From Eledone cirrhosa (lineage: Eukaryota), in the NCBI GenBank assembly GCA_964016885.1, contig OZ024748.1, forward strand, positions 44,764,001 through 44,828,000: a DNA stretch of 64,000 nucleotides. The letters run 5' to 3'. The notes under the pieces were generated by a model. The model did not search any database and was not told the origin of the DNA. It saw only the letters and a program-made list of their open reading frames with translations. The stretch's first letter is position 1. Each line of letters opens with the position of its first letter. This document shows, piece after piece, positions 24,764-38,300 of this stretch. Both the position numbers and the translations under genes were made by a program.

Positions 24764-24886
24764 CATATATATATATATATAGACACACAAACAGATATAT
24801 ATACATACATACACACATATATATATATATAGACACACACACACACACACACATATATATACTTATATATATATACATACTTACAT

Positions 24887-24953
<67 letters not shown>

Positions 24954-25310
24954 GACACACAAGCACATATATATATACATACATACACACATATATATAT
25001 ATAGACACACACACATATATATACATACATAAATACACATACACACATATATATATATATAGACACACACACACACATATATATATATATACATACACAC
25101 ATATATATAGACACAAACACACATATATATATATACACATACATATACATATACATATATAACATATATATATATATAGACACACACACACATATATATA
25201 TATATACACACACACATACATATATATATAAAACACACACATACACATACATATATAGACACACACATACATATATATATAGATACACACACACACATAT
25301 ATATATACAT

Positions 25311-25369
<59 letters not shown>

Positions 25370-25395
25370 CATACACATGCACACATATACTCACA
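24590..25395. repeat. (CA)n/(TA)n compound microsatellite
   Basis: Direct reading. Confidence 0.95.
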
Positions 25396-25445
25396 TTTCG
25401 AACGAATAAAGCAATTATTAAAATGTCTTTAAACTTTCACTGATT

Positions 25446-26057
25446 GTGATGTTGGTGGTGTTGGTGTTGGTGGTGGTGGTGGTGTTGGTGGTGGTGGTGG
25501 TGTTGGTGTTGGTGGTGGTGGTGGTGTTGGTGTTGGTGGTGGTGGTGGTGTTGGTGTTGGTGGTGGTGTTGGTGTTGGCGGTGGTGGTGGTGTTGGTGTT
25601 GGTGGTGGTGGTGGTGTTGGTGTTGGTGGTGGTGGTGGTGTTGGTGGTGTTGGTGGTGTTGGTGGTGGTGTTGGTGGTGTTGGTGGTGTTGGTGGTGGTG
25701 TTGGTGGTGTTGGTGGTGGTGTTGGTGTTGTTGGTGGTGGTGGTGTTGGTGGTGGTGTTGTTGGTGGTGGTGGTGTTGGTGGTGGTGTTGGTGGTGTTGG
25801 TGGTGTTGGTGGTGGTGGTGTTGGTGGTGGTGTTGGTGGTGTTGGTGGTGGTGTTGGTGGTGTTGGTGGTGTTGGTGGTGGTGTTGGTGTTGTTGTTGGT
25901 GGTGGTGTTGGTGGTGGTGTTGGTGGTGTTGGTGGTGGGGTTGGTGGTGTTGGTGGTGTTGGTGGTGGTGTTGGTGGTGTTGGTGGTGGTGGTGTTGGTG
26001 GTGGTGTTGGTGATGGTGTTGGTGGTGTTGGTGGTGTTGGTGGTGTTGGTGGTGGTG

Positions 26058-26089
<32 letters not shown>

Positions 26090-26360
26090 GGTGGTGGTGG
26101 TGGTGGTGGTGTTGGTGTTGGTGGTGTTGGTGGTGGTGTTGGTGGTGTTGGTGGTGGTGTTGGTGGTGTTGGTGGTGTTGGTGGTGGTGTTGTTGGTGGT
26201 GGTGGTGGTGGTGGTGGTGGTGGTGGTGTTGGTGGTGGTGGTGTTGGTAGTGGTGGTGTTGGTGGTGGTGTTGGTGGTGGTGTTGGTGGTGTTGGTGGTG
26301 GTGGTGTTGGTGGTGGTGTTGATGGTGGTGTTGGTGGTGTTGGTGGTGTTGGTGGTGGTG

Positions 26361-26392
<32 letters not shown>

Positions 26393-26846
26393 GGTGTTGG
26401 TGGTGATGGTGTTAGTGGTGTTGGTGGTGTTGGTGGTGTTGGTGTTGGTGGTGGTGTTGGTGGTGTTGGTGGTGGTGTTGTTGGTGGTGGTGGTGGTGGT
26501 GGTGGTGGTGGTGGTGGTGGTGTTGGTGGTGGTGGTGTTGGTGGTGTTGGTGGTAGTGGTGGTGGTGGTGGTGTGGGTGGTGGTGTTGGTGGTGATGTTG
26601 GTGGTGGTGTTAGTGGTGTTGGTGGTGTTGGTGGTGGTGGTGTTGGTGGTGGTGTTGGTGGTGGTGTTGGTGGTGTTGGTGGTGTTGGTGGTGGTGTTGT
26701 TGGTGGTGGTGGTGGTGGTGGTGGTGTTGGTGGTGATGTTGGTGGTGGTGTTAGTGGTGTTGGTGGTGTTGGTGGTGGTGGTGTTGGTGGTGGTGTTGGT
26801 GGTGGTGTTGGTGGTGTTGGTGGTGTTGGTGGTGTTGGTGGTGGTG

Positions 26847-26878
<32 letters not shown>

Positions 26879-28146
26879 GGTGGTGGTGGTGGTGGTGGTG
26901 TTGGTGGTGGTGGTGTTGGTGTTGGTGGTGTTGGTGGTAGTGGTGGTGGTGGTGTTGGTGGTGGTGGTGTTGGTGTTGGTGGTGTTGGTGGTAGTGGTGG
27001 TGGTGGTGTTGGTGGTGATGTTGGTGGTGGTGTTAGTGGTGTTGGTGGTGTTGGTGTTGGTGGTGTAGGTGGTGGTGTTGGTCGTGGTGTTGGTGGTGGT
27101 ATTGGTGGTGGTGGTGTTGGTGGTGGTGTTGGTGGTGTTGGTGGTGTTGGTGGTGGTGTTGGTGGTGGTGGTGGTGTTGGTGGTGGTGTTGGTGGTGGTG
27201 GTGGTGGTGTTGGTGGTGTTGGTGGTGTTGGTGGTCGTGGTGTTGGTGGTGGTGTTGGTGGTGGTGGTGGTGTTGGTGGTGGTGTTGGTGGTGTTGGTGG
27301 TGTTGGTGGTGGTGTTGGTGGTTGTGGTGTTGGTGGTGCTGTTGGTGGTGTTGGTGGTGGTGGTGGTGGTGGTGGTGTTGGTGGTGGTGGTGGTGCTGTT
27401 GGTGGTGTTGGTGGTGGTGGTGGTGGTGGTGCTGTTAGTGGTGGTGGTGGTGGTGGTGGTGGTGTTGGTGGTGTTGGTGGTGTTGGTGGTGGTGGTGATG
27501 GTGGTGGTGGTGGTGGTGTTGCTGTTGGTGGTGGTGTTGTTGTTGTTGTTGTTGGTGGTGGTGGTGTTGGTGGTGGTGTTGTCGGTGGTGGTGTTGGTGG
27601 TGGTGGTGGTGTTGGTGGTGGTGTTGTCGGTGGTGGTGTTGGTGGTGGTGATGGTGGTGTTGGTGGTGTTGGTGGTGGTGTTGGTAGTGGTGTTGGTGGT
27701 GGTGGTGGTGGTGTTGGTGGTGGTGGTGTTGGTGGTGTTGCTGGTGTTGGTGGTGATGGTGGTGGTGGTGTTGGTGGTGCTGTTGGTGGTGTTGGTGGTG
27801 TTGGTGGTGGTGGGGTTGGTGGTGGTGGTGGTGTTGGTGGTGTTGGTGGTGTTGGTGGTGGTGTTGGTGGTGGTGTTGGTGGTGGTGGTGTTGGTGGTGG
27901 TGTTGGTGGTGGTGTTGGTGGTGGTGTTGGTGGTGGTGGTGGTGGTTTTGGTGGTGCTGGTGGTGTTGGTGGTGGTGGTGGTGGTGGTGGTGTTAGTGGT
28001 GGTGGTAGTGGTGGTGTTGGTGGTGGTGGTGGTGTTGGTGGTGGTGTTGGTGGTGTTGGTGGTGGTGTTGGTGGTGGTGGTGGTTGTGTTGGTGGTGGTG
28101 GTGGTGGTGGTGTTGGTGGTGGTGGTGGTGGTTGTGTTGGTGGTGT
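25446..28146. repeat. 2.7-kb (GGT/GTT)n trinucleotide tract
   Basis: Direct reading. It produces the spurious poly-V and poly-G ORFs. Confidence 0.95.
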
Positions 28147-29023
28147 CTATTATTATTGTCCAATAATTAATGTTGTTGTTGTTGTTATTGTTGTTGTAGT
28201 TGTTGTTATTGGTACCAGTATTAGTAGTAGTAATAGTAGTTCCCCCTCCTTATGTATCTCACTCATGTACATACACCAATACATACACACACACACACAG
28301 TCACATGTGTAGATACACTGACACACACACGCACAAACACACACTTACACATACTCACACACACATACTCACACCCACCCACCCAAACACACACACACAC
28401 ATACTCACACACACATACTCATACACATGCACACATACTCACAAACACACAGTCACTTATGAAGATACATCAACCCACACAGAAACACACACTCACACAA
28501 ACGCATATACACACACACACTCAAACACACACACATACCCCCCCCCCCACACACATAATCCCCCACACACATACTCCCACACACACATACTCACACATAC
28601 ACACACACAATCACATATGAAGATTCACCAACACACACACATTCACACACACACACACACATACTCCCACACACACATACACTCACACATACTCCCACAC
28701 ACACACACACACACACATACCCCCATACAAACAAACACACACATACACACACAGACACACACAAACACACACACATACACATACTACCACACATACATAC
28801 ACTCACACATACACACATATAGTGCCCCTCCCCCCACACAAACAAACACACACACAAACACACACACACACACACACACAGATACAGTGACACACAGAAA
28901 ATTTTAATAAGTATGATAATCAGGAGACTGTGTGACATTAAAGGTAAAAATACAGGTGATAATTAGCAGAGTTCATTAAATTTCTAATTAGTTGTTCTGA
29001 GATATATATGTTATATTGACTTT

Positions 29024-29388
29024 ATCATCATCATAATCATCATCATCACCATCATCATCACCATCACTGCCACCATCACCATCATCACCATCACCACCAT
29101 CATCATCATCATCACTGTCATCATTAATATCATCACCACCACCATCATCATCACCATTACCACCACCACCACCATCACCACCACCATCATCATCATCGCC
29201 ATCACCACCACCACCACCATCAGCATCACCACAATCATCATCATCACCATCACCATCACCACCATCATCACCATCACCACCATCATCATCACCACCATCA
29301 TCATCACCATCAACCATCACTGTCATCATCACCATCAACACCACCATTTCCACCACCACCACCACCATCATCATCATTGTCATCACCT
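29024..29388. repeat. (CAT/CAC)n microsatellite
   Basis: Direct reading. Confidence 0.9.
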
Positions 29389-29394
29389 TTCTAG

Positions 29395-32300
29395 ATGTGG
29401 TGACAGTAAAATGTACCCAGTACACTCTGTAGAGTGTTAATGCTGGTGACAGTAAAATGTACCCAGTACACTCTGTAAAGTATCAATGCTGGTGACAGTA
29501 AAATGTACCCGGTACACTCTGTAAAGTATCAATGCTGGTGACAGTAAAGTGTACCCAGTACACTCTGTAAAGTATCAATGCTGGTGACAGTAAAGTGTAC
29601 CCAGTACACTCTGTAAAGTATTAATGCTGGTGACAGTAAAGTGTACCCAGTACACTCTGTAAAGTATCAATGCTGGTGACAGTAAAATGTACCCAGTACA
29701 CTCTGTAAAGTATTAATGCTGGTGACAGTAAAGTGTACCCAGTACACTCTGTAAAGTATTAATGCTGGTGACAGTAAAGTGTACCCAGTACACTCTGTAA
29801 AGTATCAATGCTGGTGACAGTAAAATGCACCCAGTACACTCTGCAAAGTATTAATGCTGGTGACAGTAAAGTGTACCCAGTACACTGTGTAAAGTATCAA
29901 TGCTGGTGACAGTAAAATGTACCCAGTACACTCTGTAAAGTATTAATGCTGGTGACAGTAAAATGTACCCAGTACACTCTGTAAAGTATCTATGCTGGTG
30001 ACAGTAAAATGTACCCAGTACAGTCTGTAAAGCATCAATGCTGGTGACAGTAAAGTGTACCCAGTACACTCTGTAAAGTATCAATGCTGGTGACAGTAAA
30101 GTGTACCCAGTACACTCTGTAAAGTATCAATGCTGGTGACAGTAAAATGTACCCAGTACACTCTGTAAAGTATTAATGCTGGTGAGTGTAAAGTGTACCC
30201 AGTACACTCTGTAAAGTATTAATGCTGGTGACAGTAAAGTGTACCCAGTACACTCTGTAAAGTATCAATGCTGGTGACTGTAAAGTGTACCCAGTACACT
30301 CTGTAAAGTATTAATGCTGGTGACAGTAAAGTGTACCCAGTACACTCTGTAAAGTATCAATGCTAGTGACAGTAAAGTGTACCCAGTACACTCTGTAAAG
30401 TATTAATGCTGGTGACAGTAAAGTGTACCCAGTACACTCTGTAAAGTATCAATGCTGGTGACGGTAAAATGTACCCAGTACACTCTGTAAAGTATCAATG
30501 CTGGTGACAGTAAAATGTACCCAGTACACTCTGTAAAGTGTTAATGCTGGTGACAGTAAAGTGTACCCAGTACACTCTGTAAAGTATCAATGCTGGTGAC
30601 AGTAAAATGTACCCAGTACACTCTGTAAAGTGTTAATGCTGGTGACAGTAAAATGTACCCAGTACACTCTGTAAAGTATCAATGCTGGTGACAGTAAAAT
30701 GCACCCAGTACACTCTGTAAAGTATTAATGCTGGTGACAGTAAAATGTACCCAGTACACTCTGTAAAGTATCAATGCTGGTGACAGTAAAATGTACCCAG
30801 TACTCTCTGTAAAGTATCAATGCTGGTGACAGTAAAATGCACCCAGTACACTCTGTAAAGTATTAATGCTGGTGACAGTAAAATGTACCCAGTACACTCT
30901 GTAAAGTGTTAATGCTGGAGACACTAAAATGTACCCAGTACACTCTGTAAAGTATCAATGCTGGTGACAGTAAAATATACCCAGTACACTCTGTAAAGTA
31001 TTAATGCTGGTGACAGTAAAGTGTACCCAGTACACTCTGTAAAGTGTTAATGCTGGAGTCACTAAAATGTACCCAGTACACTCTGTAAAGTATCAATGCT
31101 GGTGACAGTAAAATGTACCCAGTACACTCTGTAAAGTATTAATGCTGGTGACAGTAAAGTGTACCCAGTACACTCTGTAAAGTATCAATGCTGGTGACAG
31201 TAAAATGTACCCAGTACACTCTGTAAAGTGTTAATGCTGGTGACTGTAAAATGTACCCAGTACACTCTGTAAAGTATCAATGCTGGTGACAGTAAAATGT
31301 ACCCAGTACACTCTGTAAAGTGTTAATGCTGGTGAGTGTAAAATGTACCCAGTACACTCTGTAAAGTATCAATGCTGGTGACAGTAAAATGTACCCAGTA
31401 CACTCTGTAAAGTATCAATGCTGGTGACAGTAACATGTACCCAGTACACTCTGTAAAGTATCAATGCTGGTGACAGTAAAATGTACCCAGTACACTCTGT
31501 AAAGTATTAATGCTGGTGATAGTAAAATGTACCCAGTACTCTCTGTAAAGTATCAATGCTGGTGACAGTAAAATGTACCCAGTACACTCTGTAAAGTGTT
31601 AATGCTGGTGACATTAAAGTGTACCGAGTACACTCTGTAAAGTATCAATGCTGGTGGCAGTAAAATGTACCCAGTACACTCTGTAAAGTGTTAATGTTGG
31701 TGACAGTAAAATGTACCCAGTACACTCTGTAAAGTATCAATGCTGGTGACAATTAAAATGCACCCAGTACACTCTGTAAAGTATTAATGCTGGTGACAGT
31801 AAAATGTACCCAGTATACTCTGTAAAGTGTTAATGCTGGAGACACTAAAATATATCCAGTACACTCTGTAAAGTATCAATGCTGGTGACAGTAAAATGTA
31901 CCCAGTACTCTCTGTAAAGTATCAATGCTGGTGACAGTAAAATGCACCCAGTACACTCTGTGAAGTATTAATGCTGGTGACAGTTAAATGTACCTAGTAC
32001 ACTCTGTAAAGTATCAATGCTGGTGACAGTAAAATGTACCCAGTACACTCTGTAAAGTGTTAATGCTGGTGAGTGTAAAATGTACCCAGTACACTCTGTA
32101 AAGTATCAATGCTGGTGACAGTAAAATGTACCCAGTACACTCTGTAAAGTATCAATGCTGGTGACAGTAACATGTACCCAGTACACTCTGTAAAGTATCA
32201 ATGCTGGTGACAGTAAAATGTACCCAGTACACTCTGTAAAGTATTAATGCTGGTGACAGTAAAATGTACCCAGTACACTCTGTAAAGTATCAATGCTGGT

Positions 32301-35300
32301 GACAGTAAAATGTACCCAGTACACTCTGTAAAGTTACAATGCTGGTGACAGTAAAGTGTACCCAGTACATTCTGTAAAGTATCAATGCTGGTGACAGTAA
32401 AATGTACCCAGTACACTCTGTAAAGTATTAATGCTGGTGACAGTAAAGTGTACCCAGTACACTCTGTAAAGTATTAATGCTGGTGACAGTAAAGTGTACC
32501 CAGTACACTCTGTAAAGTATCAATGCTGGTGACAATAAAATGCACCCAGTACACTCTGTAAAGTATTAATGCTGGTGACAGTAAAGTGTACCCAGTACAC
32601 TCTGTAAAGTATCAATGCTGGTGACAGTAAAATGTATCCAGTACACTCTGTAAAGTATTAATGCTGGTGACAGTAAAGTGTACCCAGTACACTCTGTAAA
32701 GTATCAATGGTGGTGACAGTAAAATGTACACAGTACACTCTGTAAAGTATTAATGCTGGTGACAGTAAAATGTACCCAGTACACTCTGTAAAGTATCTAT
32801 GCTGGTGACAGTAAAATGTACCCAGTACACTCTGTAAAGTATCAATGCTGGTGACAGTAAAGTGTACCCTGTACACTCTGTAAAGTATCAATGCTGGTGA
32901 CAGTAAAGTGTACCCAGTACACTCTGTAAAGTATCAATGCTGGTGACAGTAAAATGTACCCAGTACACTCTGTAAAGTATTAATGCTGGTGAGTGTAAAG
33001 TGTACCCAGTACACTCTGTAAAGTATTAATGCTGGTGACAGTAAAGTGTACCCAGTACACTCTGTAAAGTATCAATGCTGGTGACAGTAAAATGTACCCA
33101 GTACACTCTGTAAAGTATTAATGCTGGTGAGTGTAAAGTGTACCCAGTACACTCTGTAAAGTATCAATGCTGGTGACAGTAAAGTGTACCCAGTACACTC
33201 TGTAAAGTATTAATGCTGGTGACAGTAAAGTGTACCCAGTACACTCTGTAAAGTATCAATGCTGGTGACGGTAAAATGTACCCAGTACACTCCGTAAAGT
33301 ATCAATGCTGGTGACAGTAAAATGTACCCAGTACACTCTGTAAAGTGTTAATGCTGGTGACAGTAAAATGTACCCAGTACACTCTGTAAAGTATTAATGC
33401 TGGTGACAGTAAAGTGTACCCAGTACACTCTGTAAAGTATTAATGCTGGTGACAGTAAAGTGTACCCAGTACACTCTGTAAAGTATCAATGCTGGTGACA
33501 GTAAAGTGTACCCGGTACACTCTGTAAAGTATCAATGCTGGTGACAGTAAAATGTACCCAGTACACTCTGTAAAGTATTAATGCTGGTGACAGTAAAATG
33601 TACCCAGTACACTCTGTAAAGTATTAATGCTGGTGACAGTAAAGTGTACCCAGTACACTCTGTAAAGTATTAATGCTGGTGACAGTAAAGTGTACCAGGT
33701 ACACTCTGTAAAGTATCAATGCTGGTGACAGTAAAATGTACCCAGTACACTCTGTAAAGTGTTAATGCTGGTGACTGTAAAATGTACCCAGTACACTCTG
33801 TAAAGTATCAATGCTGGTGACAGTAAAATGTACCCAGTACACTCTGTAAAGTGTTAATGCTGGTGAGTGTAAAATGTACCCAGTACACTCTGTAAAGTAT
33901 CAATGCTGGTGACAGTAAAATGTACCCAGTACACTCTGTAGAGTATCAATGCTGGTGACAGTAACATGTACCCAGTACACTCTGTAAAGTATCAATGCTG
34001 GTGACAGTAAAATGTACCCAGTACACTCTGTAAAGTATTAATGCTGGTGACAGTAAAATGTACCCAGTACTCTCTGTAAAGTATCAATGCTGGTGACAGT
34101 AAAATGTACCCAGTACACTCTGTAAAGTGTTAATGCTGGTGACATTAAAGTGTACCGAGTACACTCTGTAAAGTATCAATGCTGGTGGCAGTAAAATGTA
34201 CCCAGTACACTCTGTAAAGTGTTAATGTTGGTGACAGTAAAATGTACCCAGTACACTCTGTAAAGTATCAATGCTGGTGACAATTAAAATGCACCCAGTA
34301 CACTCGGTAAAGTATTAATGCTGGTGACAGTAAAATGTACCCAGTATACTCTGTAAAGTGTTAATGCTGGAGACACTAAAATATATCCAGTACACTCTGT
34401 AAAGTATCAATGCTGGTGACAGTAACATGTACCCAGTACTCTCTGTAAAGTATCAATGCTGGTGACAGTAAAATGCACCCAGTACACTCTGTAAAGTATT
34501 AATGCTGGTGACAGTTAAATGTACCTAGTACACTCTGTAAAGTATCAATGCTGGTGACAGTAAAATGTACCCAGTACACTCTGTAAAGTGTTAATGCTGG
34601 TGAGTGTAAAATGTACCCAGTACACTCTGTAAAGTATCAATGCTGGTGACAGTAAAATGTACCCAGTACACTCTGTAAAGTATCAATGCTGGTGACAGTA
34701 ACATGTACCCAGTACACTCTGTAAAGTATCAATGCTGGTGACAGTAAAATGTACCCAGTACACTCTGTAAAGTATTAATGCTGGTGACAGTAAAATGTAC
34801 CCAGTACACTCTGTAAAGTATCAATGCTGGTGACAGTAAAATGTACCCAGTACACTCTGTAAAGTTACAATGCTGGTGACAGTAAAGTGTACCCAGTACA
34901 TTCTGTAAAGTATCAATGCTGGTGACAGTAAAATGTACCCAGTACACTCTGTAAAGTATTAATGCTGGTGACAGTAAAGTGTACCCAGTACACTCTGTAA
35001 AGTATTAATGCTGGTGACAGTAAAGTGTACCCAGTACACTCTGTAAAGTATCAATGCTGGTGACAATAAAATGCACCCAGTACACTCTGTAAAGTATTAA
35101 TGCTGGTGACAGTAAAGTGTACCCAGTACACTGTGTAAAGTATCAATGCTGGTGACAGTAAAATGTATCCAGTACACTCTGTAAAGTATTAATGCTGGTG
35201 ACAGTAAAGTGTACCCAGTACACTCTGTAAAGTATCAATGCTGGTGACAGTAAAATGTACACAGTACACTCTGTAAAGTATTAATGCTGGTGACAGTAAA

Positions 35301-38300
35301 ATGTACCCAGTACACTCTGTAAAGTGTCAATGCTGGTGACAGTAAAATGTACCCAGTACACTCTGTAAAGTATCAATGCTGGTGACAGTAAAGTGTACCC
35401 TGTACACTCTGTAAAGTATCAATGCTGGTGACAGTAAAGTGTACCCAGTACACTCTGTAAAGTATCAATGCTGGTGACAGTAAAATGTACCCAGTACACT
35501 CTGTAAAGTATTAATGCTGGTGAGTGTAAAGTGTACCCAGTACACTCTGTAAAGTATTAATGCTGGTGACAGTAAAGTGTACCCAGTACACTCTGTAAAG
35601 TATCAATGCTGGTGACTGTAAAGTGTACCCAGTACACTCTGTAAAGTATTAATGCTGGTGACAGTAAAGTGTACCCAGTACACTCTGTAAAGTATCAATG
35701 CTGGTGACAGTAAAGTGTACCCAGTACACTCTGTAAAGTATTAATGCTGGTGACAGTAAAGTGTACCCAGTACACTCTGTAAAGTATCAATGCTGGTGAC
35801 GGTAAAATGTACCCAGTACACTCCGTAAAGTATCAATGCTGGTGACAGTAAAATGTACCCAGTACACTCTGTAAAGTGTTAATGCTGGTGACAGTAAAAT
35901 GTACCCAGTACACTCTGTAAAGTATTAATGCTGGTGACAGTAAAGTGTACCCAGTACACTCTGTAAAGTATTAATGCTGGTGACAGTAAAGTGTACCCAG
36001 TACACTCTGTAAAGTATCAATGCTGGTGACAGTAAAGTGTACCCGGTACACTCTGTAAAGTATCAATGCTGGTGACAGTAAAATGTACCCAGTACACTCT
36101 GTAAAGTATTAATGCTGGTGACAGTAAAATGTACCCAGTACACTCTGTAAAGTATCAATGCGGGTGACAGTAAAGTGTACCCGGTACACTCTGTAAAGTA
36201 TTAATGCGGGGACAGTAAAGTGTACCCAGTACACTCTGTAAAGTATTAATGCTGGTGACAGTAAAGTGTACCCAGTACACTCTGTAAAGTATCAATGCTG
36301 GTGACAGTAAAGTGTACCCAGTACACTCTGTAAAGTATTAATGCTGGTGACAGTAAAGTGTACCCGGTACACTCTGTAAAGTATCAATGCTGGTGACATT
36401 AAAGTGTACCCAGTACACTCTGTAAAGTATCAATGCTGGTGACAGTAAAGTGTACCCGGTACACTCTGTAAAGTATCAATGCTGGTGACAGTAAAGTGTA
36501 CCCGGTACACTCTGTAAAGTATTAATGCTGGTGACAGTAAAGTGTACCCGGTACACTCTGTAAAGTATCAATGCTGGTGACAGTAAAGTGTACCCAGTAC
36601 ACTCTGTAAAGTATCAATGCTGGTGACAGTAAAATGTACCCAGTACACTCTGTAAAGTATCAATGCTGGTGACAGTAAAATGTACCCAGTACACTCTGTA
36701 AAGTAGCAATGCTGGTGACAGTAGGATGTACCCAGTACACTCTGTAAATGATCAATGCTGGTGACAGTAAAGTGTAACCAGTACACTCTGTAAATGATCA
36801 ATGGTGGTGACAGTAAAATGTACCCAGTACACTCTGTAAAGTGTTAATGCTGGTGACAGTAAAGTGTACCCAGTACACTCTGTAAAGTGTTAATGCTGGT
36901 GACAGTAAAATGTACCCAGTACACTCTGTAAAGTATCAATGCTGGTGACAGTAAAGTGTACCCAGTACACTCTGTAAAGTATCAATGCTGGTGACAGTAA
37001 AGTGTACCCAGTAAACTCTGTAAAGTATCAATGCTGGTGACAGTAAAGTGTACCCAGTACACTCTGTAAAGTGTTAATGCTGGTGACAGTAAAATGTACC
37101 CAGTACACTCTGTAAAGTATCAATGCTGGTGACAGTAAAGTGTACCCAGTACACTCTGTAAAGTATCAATGCTGGTGACAGTAAAGTGTTCCCAGTACAC
37201 TCTGTAAAGTGTTAATGCTGGTGACAGTAAAGTGTACCCAGTACACTCTGTAAAGTGTCAATGCTGGTGACAGTAAAATGTACCCAGTACACTCTGTAAA
37301 GTATCAATGCTGGTGACAGTAAAATGTACCCAGTACACACTGTAAAGTATCAATGCTGGTGACAGTAAAGTGTACCCAGTACACTCTGTAAAGTATCAAT
37401 GCTGGTGACAGTAAAGCGTACCCAGTACACTCTGTAAAGTATCAATGCTGGTGACAGTAAAATGTACCCAGTACACTCTGTAAAGTATCAATGCTGGTGA
37501 CAGTAAAATGTACCCAGTACACTCTGTAAAGTATCAATGCTGGTGACAGTAAAGTGTACCCAGTACACTCTGTAAAGTATCAATGCTGGTGACAGTAAAG
37601 TGTACCCAGTACACTCTGTAAAGTATCAATGCTGGTGACAGTAAAGTGTACCCAGTACACTCTGTAAAGTGTTAATGCTGGTGACAGTAAAGTGTACCCA
37701 GTACACTCTGTAAAGTGTTAATGCTGGTGACAGTAAAATGTACCCAGTACACTCTGTAAAGTATCAATGCTGGTGACAGTAAAGTGTACCCAGTACACTC
37801 TGTAAAGTATCAATGCTGGTGACAGTAAAGTGTACCCAGTACACTCTGTAAAGTATCAATGCTGGTGACAGTAAAGTGTACCCAGTACACTCTGTAAAGT
37901 GTTAATGCTGGTGACAGTAAAATGTACCCAGTACACTCTGTAAAGTATCAATGCTGGTGACAGTAAAGTGTACCCAGTACACTCTGTAAAGTATCAATGC
38001 TGGTGACAGTAAAGTGTACCCAGTACACTCTGTAAAGTATCAATGCTGGTGACAGTAAAGTGTACCCAGTACACTCTGTAAAGTGTTAATGCTGGTGACA
38101 GTAAAATGTACCCAGTACACTCTGTAAAGTATCAATGCTGGTGACAGTAAAATGTACCCAGTACACTCTGTAAAGTATCAATGCTGGTGACAGTAAAGTG
38201 TACCCAGTACACTCTGTAAAGTATCAATGCTGGTGACAGTAAAGTGTACCCAGTACACTCTGTAAAGTATCAATGCTGGTGACAGTAAAGTGTACCCAGT

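Noticed and set aside
25446-28312. Poly-Gly/Val ORFs as structural proteins
   Set aside because: They are pure (GGT/GTT)n, open in several frames, with no signal peptide or unique domain.
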